From IMG/VR virus record IMGVR_UViG_3300027708_000030, positions 1 through 64,000 of that record: a DNA stretch of 64,000 bases; one strand, given 5' to 3'. How positions within the stretch are numbered: position 1 is the stretch's first letter; each line of letters opens with the position of its first letter. Below, piece after piece: positions 55,135-64,000 of the stretch. The notes under the pieces are model-generated. The model was not told the DNA's origin, did not search any database, and saw only the letters and a program-made list of their open reading frames with translations. Source of the stretch: a virus. The translations under genes and the position numbers were made by a program.

Positions 55135-55641
55135 ATGACATTAAATGAACTCGCTACGAAAGAAGTAATCTTTCGCACAAATAAAACAGTCGTTGCAACC
55201 AAAGCACTAATCTCGATGGTTGAACATAAACCAATCAGAGATTATCTTAAAAAATGCATGGGTATTCCTATTGATAAACTTGCAGAATATGTTGGTGCAT
55301 ATTTACTTGGTCATCAACTAGTAGATGCAGTTGGGTTTGATACTCGCAAAGGAAATAAAAAATTAGAAATAAAATGGTCATTTTTGAATCGTACTCCCAG
55401 TAAAAATGGTAATCCCACTGCAAGTGCGAATATGTCCAATCTAAAATCAAAGTCTTGTGATTTGATGGTTTTCGTTTGCGATGATGAATTGAAACCAACA
55501 GATCATAATTATATTCGTATATTTTTGTTTCCAGCAAAGATTTGGAAACCATGTTGGAAGAATGATAAACACAGCATGTCTTTCGGTAGTGATAGACATA
55601 AATGGTATGACAAATACCAGTTGACATTAAATGATATTTAA
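55135..55641 (+). CDS. hypothetical protein, possible PD-(D/E)XK nuclease
   Basis: AE...GFD...LEIK motif spacing. Confidence 0.5.
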   Translation: MTLNELATKEVIFRTNKTVVATKALISMVEHKPIRDYLKKCMGIPIDKLAEYVGAYLLGHQLVDAVGFDTRKGNKKLEIKWSFLNRTPSKNGNPTASANMSNLKSKSCDLMVFVCDDELKPTDHNYIRIFLFPAKIWKPCWKNDKHSMSFGSDRHKWYDKYQLTLNDI

Positions 55642-55655
55642 GGTATAATTATATT

Positions 55656-56000
55656 ATGCAATTTTTACATACATCACTTGGAAAGTCCAAGAAAAAGAAA
55701 CCGACTGCAAAACAACGAGAGTTGCAGTCGTCATGGGAAACCATGCTAAAGAAGTATGCCACAAAGACGATTACTCCTAAAAAGCAATCACTCAGTGATG
55801 TATACTCACTTGGTACACCTGCTTGTCGTGAGACACCTAAGATTCCAAGTCTTCCATTCACAGGTGCTCCTTGTGTTAAGAAACCAAACCCTGTTTATAC
55901 AGGTACTAAGGTTAAAGGTATTGGCACGATGCATAAAAGTAATGCAGTTCCAATTTTTAGTGATGAAGAAGCAGTTGCTATTGCAACAATGAGGAGATAA
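55656..56000 (+). CDS. conserved T4-like hypothetical protein
   Basis: YTGTKVKGIGTMHKSNAVPIF...IATMRR; leaderless start. Confidence 0.75.
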   Translation: MQFLHTSLGKSKKKKPTAKQRELQSSWETMLKKYATKTITPKKQSLSDVYSLGTPACRETPKIPSLPFTGAPCVKKPNPVYTGTKVKGIGTMHKSNAVPIFSDEEAVAIATMRR

Positions 56001-56002
56001 CA

Positions 56003-56191
56003 ATGGCTGAATTTTGTGTTAAGTGTTCTGAAAAAGAAGCAGAGATAGAAATTCTCCGCAATCAACACTATAAAGAAATGCAATGCATGAAAGAAAAGAT
56101 TGCTAAATTACAGGATGAAAACGATGCACTTATCATGGATGTTGCATTCTATGGTGGCAACATGATTAACTTGTCTTGCAATGACAAATAA
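56003..56191 (+). CDS. hypothetical protein
   Basis: SD AGGAG; CxxC and coiled coil. Confidence 0.55.
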   Translation: MAEFCVKCSEKEAEIEILRNQHYKEMQCMKEKIAKLQDENDALIMDVAFYGGNMINLSCNDK

Positions 56192-56204
56192 GGTATAATA
56201 TATT

Positions 56205-56423
56205 ATGACGCTGAACGAGAAGTATAGTGACTTACAAGTCCAAAAGATGAAATTAGATAAATTCTTCTCTATGTTCCTTGAGAAGTTTGAAAGACAGATG
56301 GATCCTGATAGAACGGATACACCTGTTTGGAAACTCTATAAAAATAAACTCAAAGAATATGAAAAGGTAGATCATGAACTTAAAGCAACTCAGTACTGGA
56401 TTAACAAGGAACGAAATGTTTAA
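56205..56423 (+). CDS. hypothetical protein
   Basis: Follows the promoter at 56171-56199. Confidence 0.6.
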   Translation: MTLNEKYSDLQVQKMKLDKFFSMFLEKFERQMDPDRTDTPVWKLYKNKLKEYEKVDHELKATQYWINKERNV

Positions 56424-56631
56424 AACTGCAAACGAATTCTCTCTTCACATAGAGCAGATGGTTCGTGATAGCAAAATGACATATATGGATGCTGTTCTTG
56501 AATATTGTAAAGAAAACTATCTAGAGCCAGAAGATGTATCGAAGTTGATTAACAAGTCTCTGAAAGATAAAATTGAAATGAATTTTCGTGATTTAAACTA
56601 CTTACCAAAGCAAGCACAACTGGATGTGTAA
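56416..56631 (+). CDS. gp33: late transcription coactivator (gp33)
   Basis: FSLHIEQMV...YMDAVLEYC...LINKSLKDKIE; gp33-gp59-gp32 synteny. Confidence 0.9.
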   Translation: MFKTANEFSLHIEQMVRDSKMTYMDAVLEYCKENYLEPEDVSKLINKSLKDKIEMNFRDLNYLPKQAQLDV

Positions 56632-57242
56632 TGGATGGATTTAAGGCATATCGTTATTACCTAGCAATTAAACTTCACTTTACCACAGACAGATTTAATG
56701 TTTTTGAGAACAGAGGTAGTGTTCGTGGTACTCGTGAGGCATTTAATGCTCGTAATGATAGATACATATTTGAGAAGTTAGCGAACAAACGACCAGATGA
56801 TAAAGATATCATACAGTTTTTTGTATCCAACTTTGCATATGGTAATGACCAAGCAATTTATGCTGGACAAGAAGCAGAAGACAATTATTTACAATGGCAG
56901 AAACGAAAACAATCGATGACTAAGATTTTCGTTGATGATTTGGCATCACTAATAACACACATTGAATTAAACAAGTTGAAACCCACTGCAATATTTCAAT
57001 TTACAGAAAACGAATATCCTGTAGCATTAAAATTATTCGTTGGTGGTAAAATTGCAATAGAAACATTAAATATTATAGACGATATGACTGGAATGCTTGA
57101 CGACTGGGTAACTCATCCATCTGTAAGATACATTTGGGAAGATGAGATGCGAAGAATTAAAAAGTTGACTGGATTCGTGAAATACGATAAAATAAAGATT
57201 GGCAAAATCTTCAGTCATTTTAAGGAAGAAATTGCAGAGTAA
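56631..57242 (+). CDS. gp59: helicase loader (gp59)
   Basis: YRYYLAIKLHFT...F..RND.Y.FEKL; synteny. Confidence 0.88.
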   Translation: MDGFKAYRYYLAIKLHFTTDRFNVFENRGSVRGTREAFNARNDRYIFEKLANKRPDDKDIIQFFVSNFAYGNDQAIYAGQEAEDNYLQWQKRKQSMTKIFVDDLASLITHIELNKLKPTAIFQFTENEYPVALKLFVGGKIAIETLNIIDDMTGMLDDWVTHPSVRYIWEDEMRRIKKLTGFVKYDKIKIGKIFSHFKEEIAE

Positions 57243-57243
57243 T

Positions 57244-57441
57244 ATGGGCAGGACATATCATAAGTCATCAAGAAGTTTTGATGACACAGAATTTGGTAAT
57301 CGTTTAGGGAAACCTGCCAAACATTCAAACGGTAAAAAAACTGGTGGAATGAGAACGATAAATAGTTATGTTGAAGAAGATTATGATGACTCAGATGATG
57401 AGTTTGACATAGATGAAACTACAGATACTAAAAATACTTAA
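57244..57441 (+). CDS. hypothetical protein
   Basis: Basic N-terminus and acidic tail. Confidence 0.5.
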   Translation: MGRTYHKSSRSFDDTEFGNRLGKPAKHSNGKKTGGMRTINSYVEEDYDDSDDEFDIDETTDTKNT

Positions 57442-57467
57442 CATACATTTAATACAAAGGAAATACG

Positions 57468-58373
57468 ATGGATATTCAATCACTACGCAAAATGCGCAAC
57501 TCAGACTTTGGTGCAATCTCTAATGCATTCGAAAAAGTCGCAAATCCCCAATCCGAAACAAAATCTTTTACCGATGATCGCTTTTGGCGATTAGAAGGTG
57601 ACAAAGCAGGTAATGGCACAGCCACTATCCGTTTCTTGCCACGTGTAGAAGGTGATGAACTCCCATGGGTTCGTATCTTTTCTCATGGCTTTCAAGGACC
57701 AACTGGTAAGTGGTATATCGAAAACTCACTAACAACTCTTGGTGAGAACGATCCAGTGGGTGAGTTAAATACCCAACTTTGGAACTCTGGTTCTGAAGCA
57801 AACAAAGAAATCGCACGTAAACAAAAGCGTCGTCTTTCTTTTACTGCCAACATTCTTATTGTGTCTGATCCAAAGCACCCAGAGAATGAAGGTAAAGTAT
57901 TCTTGTGGAAATTTGGCAAGAAAATCTTTGATAAGATCATGGACAAAGCACGTCCAACATTTGAAGATGAAAAACCAGTCAATGTGTTTGACTTCTGGGA
58001 AGGTGCAAACTTCAAACTCCGTATGCGTAAGAAAGATGGTTACGCAAACTATGATGAGTCTGCATTTATGGAGCCATCAGCAATTGGTTCTGATGATGAG
58101 ATCGTTAAGATCGCTTCTGCTCAAGTCAAGTTGGCTGAGTTTACAGATCGTAAGAACTTTAAGTCTTATGATGAGTTGAAGAAGAAACTCAATGAGGTTT
58201 TATCTGGTGATTCTTTTGCTAGCAAGTCTGCTGCACAGATCGCTGAAGATGAAGATCGTCCAGTAGCATCTGCACCAAAGATCGCTTCTAAACCTGCGCC
58301 AGCACCTAAGGCGATAGAAGAAGACGATGATGATGTTATGTCTTATTTTGAGAAGATTGCTAAAGAAGATTAA
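57468..58373 (+). CDS. gp32: single-stranded DNA-binding protein (gp32)
   Basis: DDRFWR, GNG.ATIRFLP, WYIENSLTTLG, GANFKL, acidic tail. Confidence 0.97.
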   Translation: MDIQSLRKMRNSDFGAISNAFEKVANPQSETKSFTDDRFWRLEGDKAGNGTATIRFLPRVEGDELPWVRIFSHGFQGPTGKWYIENSLTTLGENDPVGELNTQLWNSGSEANKEIARKQKRRLSFTANILIVSDPKHPENEGKVFLWKFGKKIFDKIMDKARPTFEDEKPVNVFDFWEGANFKLRMRKKDGYANYDESAFMEPSAIGSDDEIVKIASAQVKLAEFTDRKNFKSYDELKKKLNEVLSGDSFASKSAAQIAEDEDRPVASAPKIASKPAPAPKAIEEDDDDVMSYFEKIAKED

Positions 58374-58390
58374 TCTTTAGGTTAGAAATG

Positions 58391-58419
58391 AAAATGGGAT
58401 CTTTATGATCCCATTTTTT
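58391..58419. terminator. bidirectional terminator between convergent genes
   Basis: AAAATGGGATC-TTTAT-GATCCCATTTTTT. Confidence 0.85.
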
Positions 58420-60433
58420 ATGCGTATCTAGTTTGTATGTATCTAGATTGAGATGATTCTTGATTTCGAATCGGAGACTTAATAACTTGATTAGTACTAG
58501 AGTTATTAGTGACTGGAGCATTGACCACATTGGTCTTATTACCACCACCTCCGCCAGCAGTAGCACTGGCATCAGCATTTGCTCTAGATCCACCTTCAAC
58601 TGCACCAGCTGGACGTAACGCTGCACCCATTGCTGCAATTTTGTCAATCGGAAGTTCAGAGATTGCCTTAATTGTTTTAGTATCAATTGACGAGAATTTA
58701 CCCAGACCAGTTGCCAAAGCCATAACACCATCACCAGCTGCTTTGATATCTTGTCCACGTTCACCCATCATCATAATCTGTTCAACTGGAGATTTTCCAG
58801 GAGTGACTAGATTTAAGAATCCACCAACTAGATTACCGATACCAGCTGCAGCTGTTCCAGCACCGAACACTGCCATGCCTGCACCAATAGCTGCAAGACC
58901 AGCACCAACCATAAGAAGATTGTTACCATCTAGTTTGCCAAGTGTCTCTATTCCAGCAGTCATCTCGGCAAAACCTTTACCAACTGCCTGCATTGCTTCA
59001 CCAATAACCCAAAGTGCAGCACCCATTGCACCTAAAGCAAGAGCACCAGTAAAGATTAATGGTGCAGCAGTACCAGCAATAGCACCGATAACTCCAAGAC
59101 CAGCAACTGCAGCCATACCTTTAGCGATTGTTTCCCAGTCTAATTCAGCGAATGTTCCAAGCGCAGCACCGATACCCCATGTTGCCAAAGCAAGAATACC
59201 CAGTGCTGCAGCACCAGCAATAATGTTACCCTTAACTTTATCTAAAGCCAGTGCAGCAATGACTAATCCACCAAGAGCAACCATACCCTTACCGATAGAT
59301 TCCCATTCAATATTACCAAAGTTTTCGAATGCTTTAGAAGCAACCCAAAGAGCACCAGCAATGGCAATTAAACCAATACCGAATTTCTTCATTCCTTCAA
59401 GTGCCTTACCAAACTTACCACCTCCACCAGAATCACCACCACTTTCTTCAGCAGGTTTTGCCTTTTGCGCAGGAGAATCGCCACGAGTATTCTGTTCAAT
59501 CTTAATCAAAAGATCGTCCATCTTTTCTTCGTGTTTGGCTTGTTCTAGTTCTCGCTCTTCATTTGCACCTGAATCAGCAAATTGTTGAGTAGGAGATTCT
59601 TTCTTAACTACTGAATCTGTTAAACTAGAAGAATCTCGTTTAACCAATCCTGCTTTAAGATCACTCTTGGCATATTCATTGGATAAGTCGTCACGTTTAC
59701 TTAGAAGTCGTTTACCTTCTTTGGTCTTTGAAAGATCGGCTTCAGACATCCCAGTATCTTTCTTAAACTGAGATAACTCTGACTCATTTCGTTTAATTTC
59801 TTTTGCTGTTTTATTTGCAGATTCAAATTTAGTTCCAAGAGTTTTGCGATCGTCTTCAGAACCAAGTTTACGTTGAGTTTGGATGAACTTCTCTTTAGCG
59901 ATAGACTTATTGAAGATACCACCAACATTAAATGCCTTAAGAGCAGTAACTTTAAGAGCAGACATTGAACCAAAGTTATCCTTTAGTTTCTTACCCATAT
60001 CTCTAAATTTATCACCCATCGTTTCAAAAGTCTGCATACCTTTTGCGATATTGGCGATTGCTTTGACTTCTTCCTTACGAAGTTGTAGATTCTCTTTTAG
60101 AGCATCGTTGGCTTCTTTGATCTTTAACTTTTCTTGATCTTTCAGTTTAATGGCTTCTAATTTTGCTTCATTAAACTGTTTGTCTTGTAGTTGAGCAATC
60201 AATGCTTCTTTAATATCTTTCATCATAGCCGACTGAGCAATTTGTTCAGCCAACTGTTGCTGGTTTGCGCCAGCCTGAGCCATAGAAGACTCTAATTGTT
60301 TGATGGCAGTTTCATTAGCCTTTGCCTGTTCTGAAAGTAACTTTGAAAAGGCAGCACTGTCCCATGCATTAACATTAGTTGTTGTGCTAACATTAACTAC
60401 TGGTGGCTGATTTTTACTGTTTCGTTTTGCCAT
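58418..60433 (-). CDS. tape-measure/baseplate hub protein (gp29-like)
   Basis: Coiled coil followed by Gly/Ala-rich hydrophobic repeats; NVVNAPVTNN C-terminus; follows gp26-gp51. Confidence 0.7.
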   Translation of the reverse strand: MAKRNSKNQPPVVNVSTTTNVNAWDSAAFSKLLSEQAKANETAIKQLESSMAQAGANQQQLAEQIAQSAMMKDIKEALIAQLQDKQFNEAKLEAIKLKDQEKLKIKEANDALKENLQLRKEEVKAIANIAKGMQTFETMGDKFRDMGKKLKDNFGSMSALKVTALKAFNVGGIFNKSIAKEKFIQTQRKLGSEDDRKTLGTKFESANKTAKEIKRNESELSQFKKDTGMSEADLSKTKEGKRLLSKRDDLSNEYAKSDLKAGLVKRDSSSLTDSVVKKESPTQQFADSGANEERELEQAKHEEKMDDLLIKIEQNTRGDSPAQKAKPAEESGGDSGGGGKFGKALEGMKKFGIGLIAIAGALWVASKAFENFGNIEWESIGKGMVALGGLVIAALALDKVKGNIIAGAAALGILALATWGIGAALGTFAELDWETIAKGMAAVAGLGVIGAIAGTAAPLIFTGALALGAMGAALWVIGEAMQAVGKGFAEMTAGIETLGKLDGNNLLMVGAGLAAIGAGMAVFGAGTAAAGIGNLVGGFLNLVTPGKSPVEQIMMMGERGQDIKAAGDGVMALATGLGKFSSIDTKTIKAISELPIDKIAAMGAALRPAGAVEGGSRANADASATAGGGGGNKTNVVNAPVTNNSSTNQVIKSPIRNQESSQSRYIQTRYA

Positions 60434-60436
60434 CTA

Positions 60437-60619
60437 TTACATCCTCTTTTTGGATTCGATTCTTTTCTTTTCTTCTTCAAGATATTGGATTAACATGAAG
60501 ACATATACTTCTCGTTCGAAAGGTATCATTTCTTCTAACTCAGCCAAAGAGTATTTGTGGTACTGCATCATCGCAAAATTCATTTTATAATAGTTCTCGA
60601 GCGATTCATGACTGAGCAA
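60437..60619 (-). CDS. gp51: baseplate hub assembly protein (gp51-like)
   Basis: LENYYKMNFAMMQYHKYSL.ELE.MIPFEREVY. Confidence 0.85.
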   Translation of the reverse strand: MLSHESLENYYKMNFAMMQYHKYSLAELEEMIPFEREVYVFMLIQYLEEEKKRIESKKRM

Positions 60620-60621
60620 TA

Positions 60622-61344
60622 CTAAAAAAAACTTTGGAGTCCCTCCAATACCTTAATATGATGTCTGCTACATACAGGGCAATCATATTCAATGTGTTTT
60701 CTAACTTTCGGCATTGTCTCAAAGAATTGTTGAATTTTTAAGAACTGGTCTGAAGTTAAATTTTCAATAAACGCTAATAATTCTTGTTTAGTGCTTTCTT
60801 TAGCATAAAATAGTTCTTCACCATCATAAATGTAATCAATAGATAAAGCCATAATATCAAAGACTGTATCTAAGTCATTAGTATCAAAACCTTCTAACTT
60901 TTTAATAACATCAACTGTAGGATATTTCATCACTACACCAACATCATTAAATAACGCAATATTGTTTGTATGTCCCTCACCCTTTTCAACTGTTATTGTG
61001 GATAAATCAACACGAACAGTTGCTTTGGCTTTTTCATTCTGTTCACCATGATCTAAATCACAGGAGAATGTTAAATCAACATTTTCACCAACAGACTTAC
61101 CACGGATCTGAGTAAACATATACTCTAGATCAAATGTTGCTAATTTCTCAACATCAATTTTATCTTGCACGCAAGTCTTAACGATTCCCTTTAGGGTTTC
61201 AATCATTGTTACTACATCTTCGGATTGCTGAGCAATCAAAAGTGCTTTTTCCTCTTTAACGAGGAATGGACGATATCTTACTGTCGCTCCACTTGACGGC
61301 ACAACCATTGTATAGGTTGGCGTATTCATAATTGGCAAAGCCAT
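60622..61344 (-). CDS. gp26: baseplate hub subunit (gp26-like)
   Basis: MALP...YRPFLVKEEK.LL.A...FDLEY.F.QIR.KSVGE...LEGLQSFF. Confidence 0.9.
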   Translation of the reverse strand: MALPIMNTPTYTMVVPSSGATVRYRPFLVKEEKALLIAQQSEDVVTMIETLKGIVKTCVQDKIDVEKLATFDLEYMFTQIRGKSVGENVDLTFSCDLDHGEQNEKAKATVRVDLSTITVEKGEGHTNNIALFNDVGVVMKYPTVDVIKKLEGFDTNDLDTVFDIMALSIDYIYDGEELFYAKESTKQELLAFIENLTSDQFLKIQQFFETMPKVRKHIEYDCPVCSRHHIKVLEGLQSFF

Positions 61345-61346
61345 AA

Positions 61347-61760
61347 TTATTCTCCTTTAGACATATTCTTGATTAACTTATTCAATTCAGCAGTGCTACC
61401 TGTAAAGATAACATTGTTATTCGTCACTTCTTTTCTAGACCCTTCTTTCGGTGCATCTAGTTTTTGCTTCTGTTGATGTAGATCCAATAACTGTTGGTTT
61501 ATATCAGCCAACTGTTTCATTAGATTTCCAACAACTTCAAATGCTCTTGGATGCTCAGACTGCATAGCCACATCAAGTGACTTCTGTAGTGCTTCCTGTC
61601 CTTGCTGTAATAAAATACGAAGATTGTTTCGAGATATTTCAAAGTCATCTTCAATCTTATTATTCGATGGGATTATGACTTCCCCTTGTTTTGTAATCAC
61701 TTCATTTTTTGTCATTGGTTCTATATCAAACACCTCAGACAAACTATCATCAATTTTCAT
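61347..61760 (-). CDS. gp16: terminase small subunit (gp16-like)
   Basis: DDFEISRNNL...SEHPRAFEV...NNNVIFTGSTAEL. Confidence 0.88.
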   Translation of the reverse strand: MKIDDSLSEVFDIEPMTKNEVITKQGEVIIPSNNKIEDDFEISRNNLRILLQQGQEALQKSLDVAMQSEHPRAFEVVGNLMKQLADINQQLLDLHQQKQKLDAPKEGSRKEVTNNNVIFTGSTAELNKLIKNMSKGE

Positions 61761-61786
61761 TATACAATCCTAACTGTATTTATTTC

Positions 61787-62533
61787 TTAAAATTTCAATA
61801 GACTTGGTAATCTAGTCACACCATAACTCAACACAGCACCAGTAACAAAGTTACCTGCTCCACCCAAAGTCTTATTCAGACTCTCTTGAAATCCAGTAAA
61901 GTTACTTGTAAATTTATCAATCAAACTTGTTGATATAACTTGTTCATTTGGAAGTTCAGATACTGGAGTTGCAGTCCAATTTTTATATTGCATTTGAACT
62001 GTTAACTTCATGATATCTTTGGAAGCATAATCCAACTGAATTGTTCCTATATTTTTAGGATAACATTCAGATAATTTTAATTGATATCTCTTTTTGTCAT
62101 TAATATCTTGAACTTCAATATCAATTTGAGTTGTATAGTCGTTATAGTAACCATATGTTCTGGTGTTTGGATTAGAAATAACATTCATCCAGTCATCAAA
62201 CATTTCTTTAACTTTCATTTCTGTATCAACATAAAAAGAAAGAGATAAACTATCATATAGTTTCTCATATGGAACTTCACGGAATTCACCGAAGACTCTA
62301 TTCTGAACTGTTGAATAATTAGCACCTGGAAGTTGCGCTTGATCACAAAACAATAAAATATTTTGTGTTGAAGTATTACTCCATCCAGGAACTTTAGTAA
62401 TGTTTACTGCATATCTGTTTGTTCTAGCGATACCACCAGTTTTAACCTGAGCAACAAAGTTTTGTATAGGTTTAGCCTTTGGATTATTTTCTCGTTTAGT
62501 ATCTTTAGTGCCAAATGGTAAATTTAATGCCAT
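61787..62533 (-). CDS. baseplate tail-tube initiator (gp54/tail-tube fold)
   Basis: GGIARTNRY.V...LPG...F.DWM..I...YPKNIG.IQL. Confidence 0.8.
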   Translation of the reverse strand: MALNLPFGTKDTKRENNPKAKPIQNFVAQVKTGGIARTNRYAVNITKVPGWSNTSTQNILLFCDQAQLPGANYSTVQNRVFGEFREVPYEKLYDSLSLSFYVDTEMKVKEMFDDWMNVISNPNTRTYGYYNDYTTQIDIEVQDINDKKRYQLKLSECYPKNIGTIQLDYASKDIMKLTVQMQYKNWTATPVSELPNEQVISTSLIDKFTSNFTGFQESLNKTLGGAGNFVTGAVLSYGVTRLPSLLKF

Positions 62534-62534
62534 T

Positions 62535-63137
62535 CTATGCCTTTCTAATTATTTTGGTCGATTCAGACCAAATTTCTTGTTTGTTTGCACCAACAAATCG
62601 TTCAACTGGAAGTAACATAGCAGTTGCCCAGTCTCCTGAAGAGATCTGTCTAAACTGAGATCTAACATGCCCCATCAGATATTGTTTTACGCATGGTTGT
62701 GCTGCAGCAAATCTAGATACTCCATCTATAACTTGCCACGAGTATTTTAATCTAGTGGTTTCGTCTAGTCTATTGTTACTCTTGAATGTCATTAGTCTAT
62801 CAAGCAATACGATTCTTAATTTATACGGTAAGTAATGCATATTCAAACCAATAAAACCATCTTGTGTTGCAGAGAATGGAAATACTAAAGGAAACCTATC
62901 GTAGTAAGGTAATTCCTTTTTCATCTTTGGATCATATGCATACATATACAATCTTCCAGGCATTACTCTAGTGACCAATTGATCAGCATTTCCACTCAGA
63001 ATTTTTCCTGGAGTGAGTTGTTGCTTATTCAGTTTGGTGACTTCTTTCTCGAACCAGCCCTTAGACTTATTAGCCACAGTGGCTAAGTCATATTTGTTGT
63101 GTTCGAATACGTCTTTGAATGTTGGTTTTGTAGCCAT
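62535..63137 (-). CDS. gp2: DNA end protector (gp2-like)
   Basis: YDPKMKKELPYYDRFPLV...GLNMHYLP...A.LLP.ERF. Confidence 0.9.
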   Translation of the reverse strand: MATKPTFKDVFEHNKYDLATVANKSKGWFEKEVTKLNKQQLTPGKILSGNADQLVTRVMPGRLYMYAYDPKMKKELPYYDRFPLVFPFSATQDGFIGLNMHYLPYKLRIVLLDRLMTFKSNNRLDETTRLKYSWQVIDGVSRFAAAQPCVKQYLMGHVRSQFRQISSGDWATAMLLPVERFVGANKQEIWSESTKIIRKA

Positions 63138-63142
63138 AATTA

Positions 63143-63574
63143 CTATTTAGGTGATAATCCCAACTCGTGCTCGGTTATAATTTTGAACTCCCAATTCCTG
63201 TCTTTTGCGTATTCTGTTGCTGCAGACCACTTTGCTTGGTTCTTCATGAATGTTAGGGATTCCAATAAATATCTCTGGGTTCGTTTTCCAGGAAATATAG
63301 GTGGTTGACATTGCGCTGCAGGTTTGACTTCCACTAAGTAAGTCTTCCCTGTAGTTACCGTTATTTTGAAATCTACAAAGTAACGATGAATACGATTATC
63401 CGTGGGACACTTATAAGGTATAACTGTCTCTTCTGAATTCCACTTTAATACCCCAGGATTTTTATCACACCATCCAGCAAAACGAGTTTCCCAAGAGGAT
63501 CTCATTATGATGTTTGTTGGATCACCTGTGTATTTTTCAGGAAATATTGGAACGAATCTTCTTTTATGGAACAT
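63143..63574 (-). CDS. gp4: head completion nuclease (gp4-like)
   Basis: PEKYTGDPTNIIMRSSWE...HRYFVDF...VEVKP...NQAKW.AA...FKIITE. Confidence 0.92.
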   Translation of the reverse strand: MFHKRRFVPIFPEKYTGDPTNIIMRSSWETRFAGWCDKNPGVLKWNSEETVIPYKCPTDNRIHRYFVDFKITVTTGKTYLVEVKPAAQCQPPIFPGKRTQRYLLESLTFMKNQAKWSAATEYAKDRNWEFKIITEHELGLSPK

Positions 63575-63625
63575 AAATAACTAATAGGATAAATAACCAC
63601 CATTTATTTAGGTTAAAGGTACAAA

Positions 63626-64000
63626 ATGGCGATAGAATACGACCAACTGGGTAATGCGATTAGCGGATCATATGACGGGATTCCAACTCCTCCGTCGCCA
63701 TCCGCAGCAATTCCATCAATCCCAAAACCAGGAAAAGCACCATATACTCCAAATGAATTCAAAAAGGATACACCATATAGTGTAGGTAACTATATGTATC
63801 CATCTGATTTAATGGCAGACGATGGGCGTTATGGTGGTAATTATGTAATTTTTTATATTAATGTAGTTGAAGATTCTAAGTTATTCAATGATACAAGCAT
63901 AGAGACTGTTAATGATTTAACACCAAGAGATTCTGGTGACTTAGCTGCAATGAAACTAAATGATAAACAACTAATCACAGGAAACGCTGCAGTAAATACA
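63626..64000 (+). CDS. 5' part of probable baseplate tail-tube cap (gp48-like), partial
   Basis: Open frame from ATG to the window end with MYPSDL...NYVIFYIN; divergent from gp4. Confidence 0.6.
   Translation, partial: MAIEYDQLGNAISGSYDGIPTPPSPSAAIPSIPKPGKAPYTPNEFKKDTPYSVGNYMYPSDLMADDGRYGGNYVIFYINVVEDSKLFNDTSIETVNDLTPRDSGDLAAMKLNDKQLITGNAAVNT

Noticed and set aside
58509-59588. 359-aa plus-strand ORF
   Set aside because: Antisense shadow of the Gly/Ala-rich tape-measure gene; no SD or promoter.

Overview
This is a 64-kb segment of an AT-rich T4-like (Tevenvirinae-type) myovirus genome. The host is probably a betaproteobacterium, inferred from the tmRNA tag ANDAQFALAA and the IscU/ErpA/NrdAB types. 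In order, the window holds: late and virion accessory genes plus a spanin/holin block (1-9.8 kb); primase, thyX, nrdAB and a desaturase (9.8-15 kb); a membrane and secreted protein block ending in a PlcP-Agt-like lipid-remodelling pair (15.6-22.4 kb); early genes including dsbA, rnh and cd (22.5-31.1 kb); an array of 28 tRNAs covering all 20 amino acids, interleaved with unnamed structured RNAs (31.4-36.0 kb); small early ORFs and a non-coding region with iteron-like palindromes (36-47 kb); phoH, GH19 endolysin, iscU/erpA, exonuclease, a permuted two-piece tmRNA, an OMP, GroES, SleB and ClpP (48-54 kb); gp33-gp59-gp32; and a minus-strand baseplate/terminase/head-completion block. The best candidate for an undescribed system is a leaderless 39-codon leader ORF (19 of 20 amino acids, 33 different codons) that overlaps an antiterminator/terminator switch directly upstream of the tRNA array. 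It looks like a general tRNA-depletion-sensing attenuator. All product calls come from motif recognition by eye; no database searches or folding programs were run.
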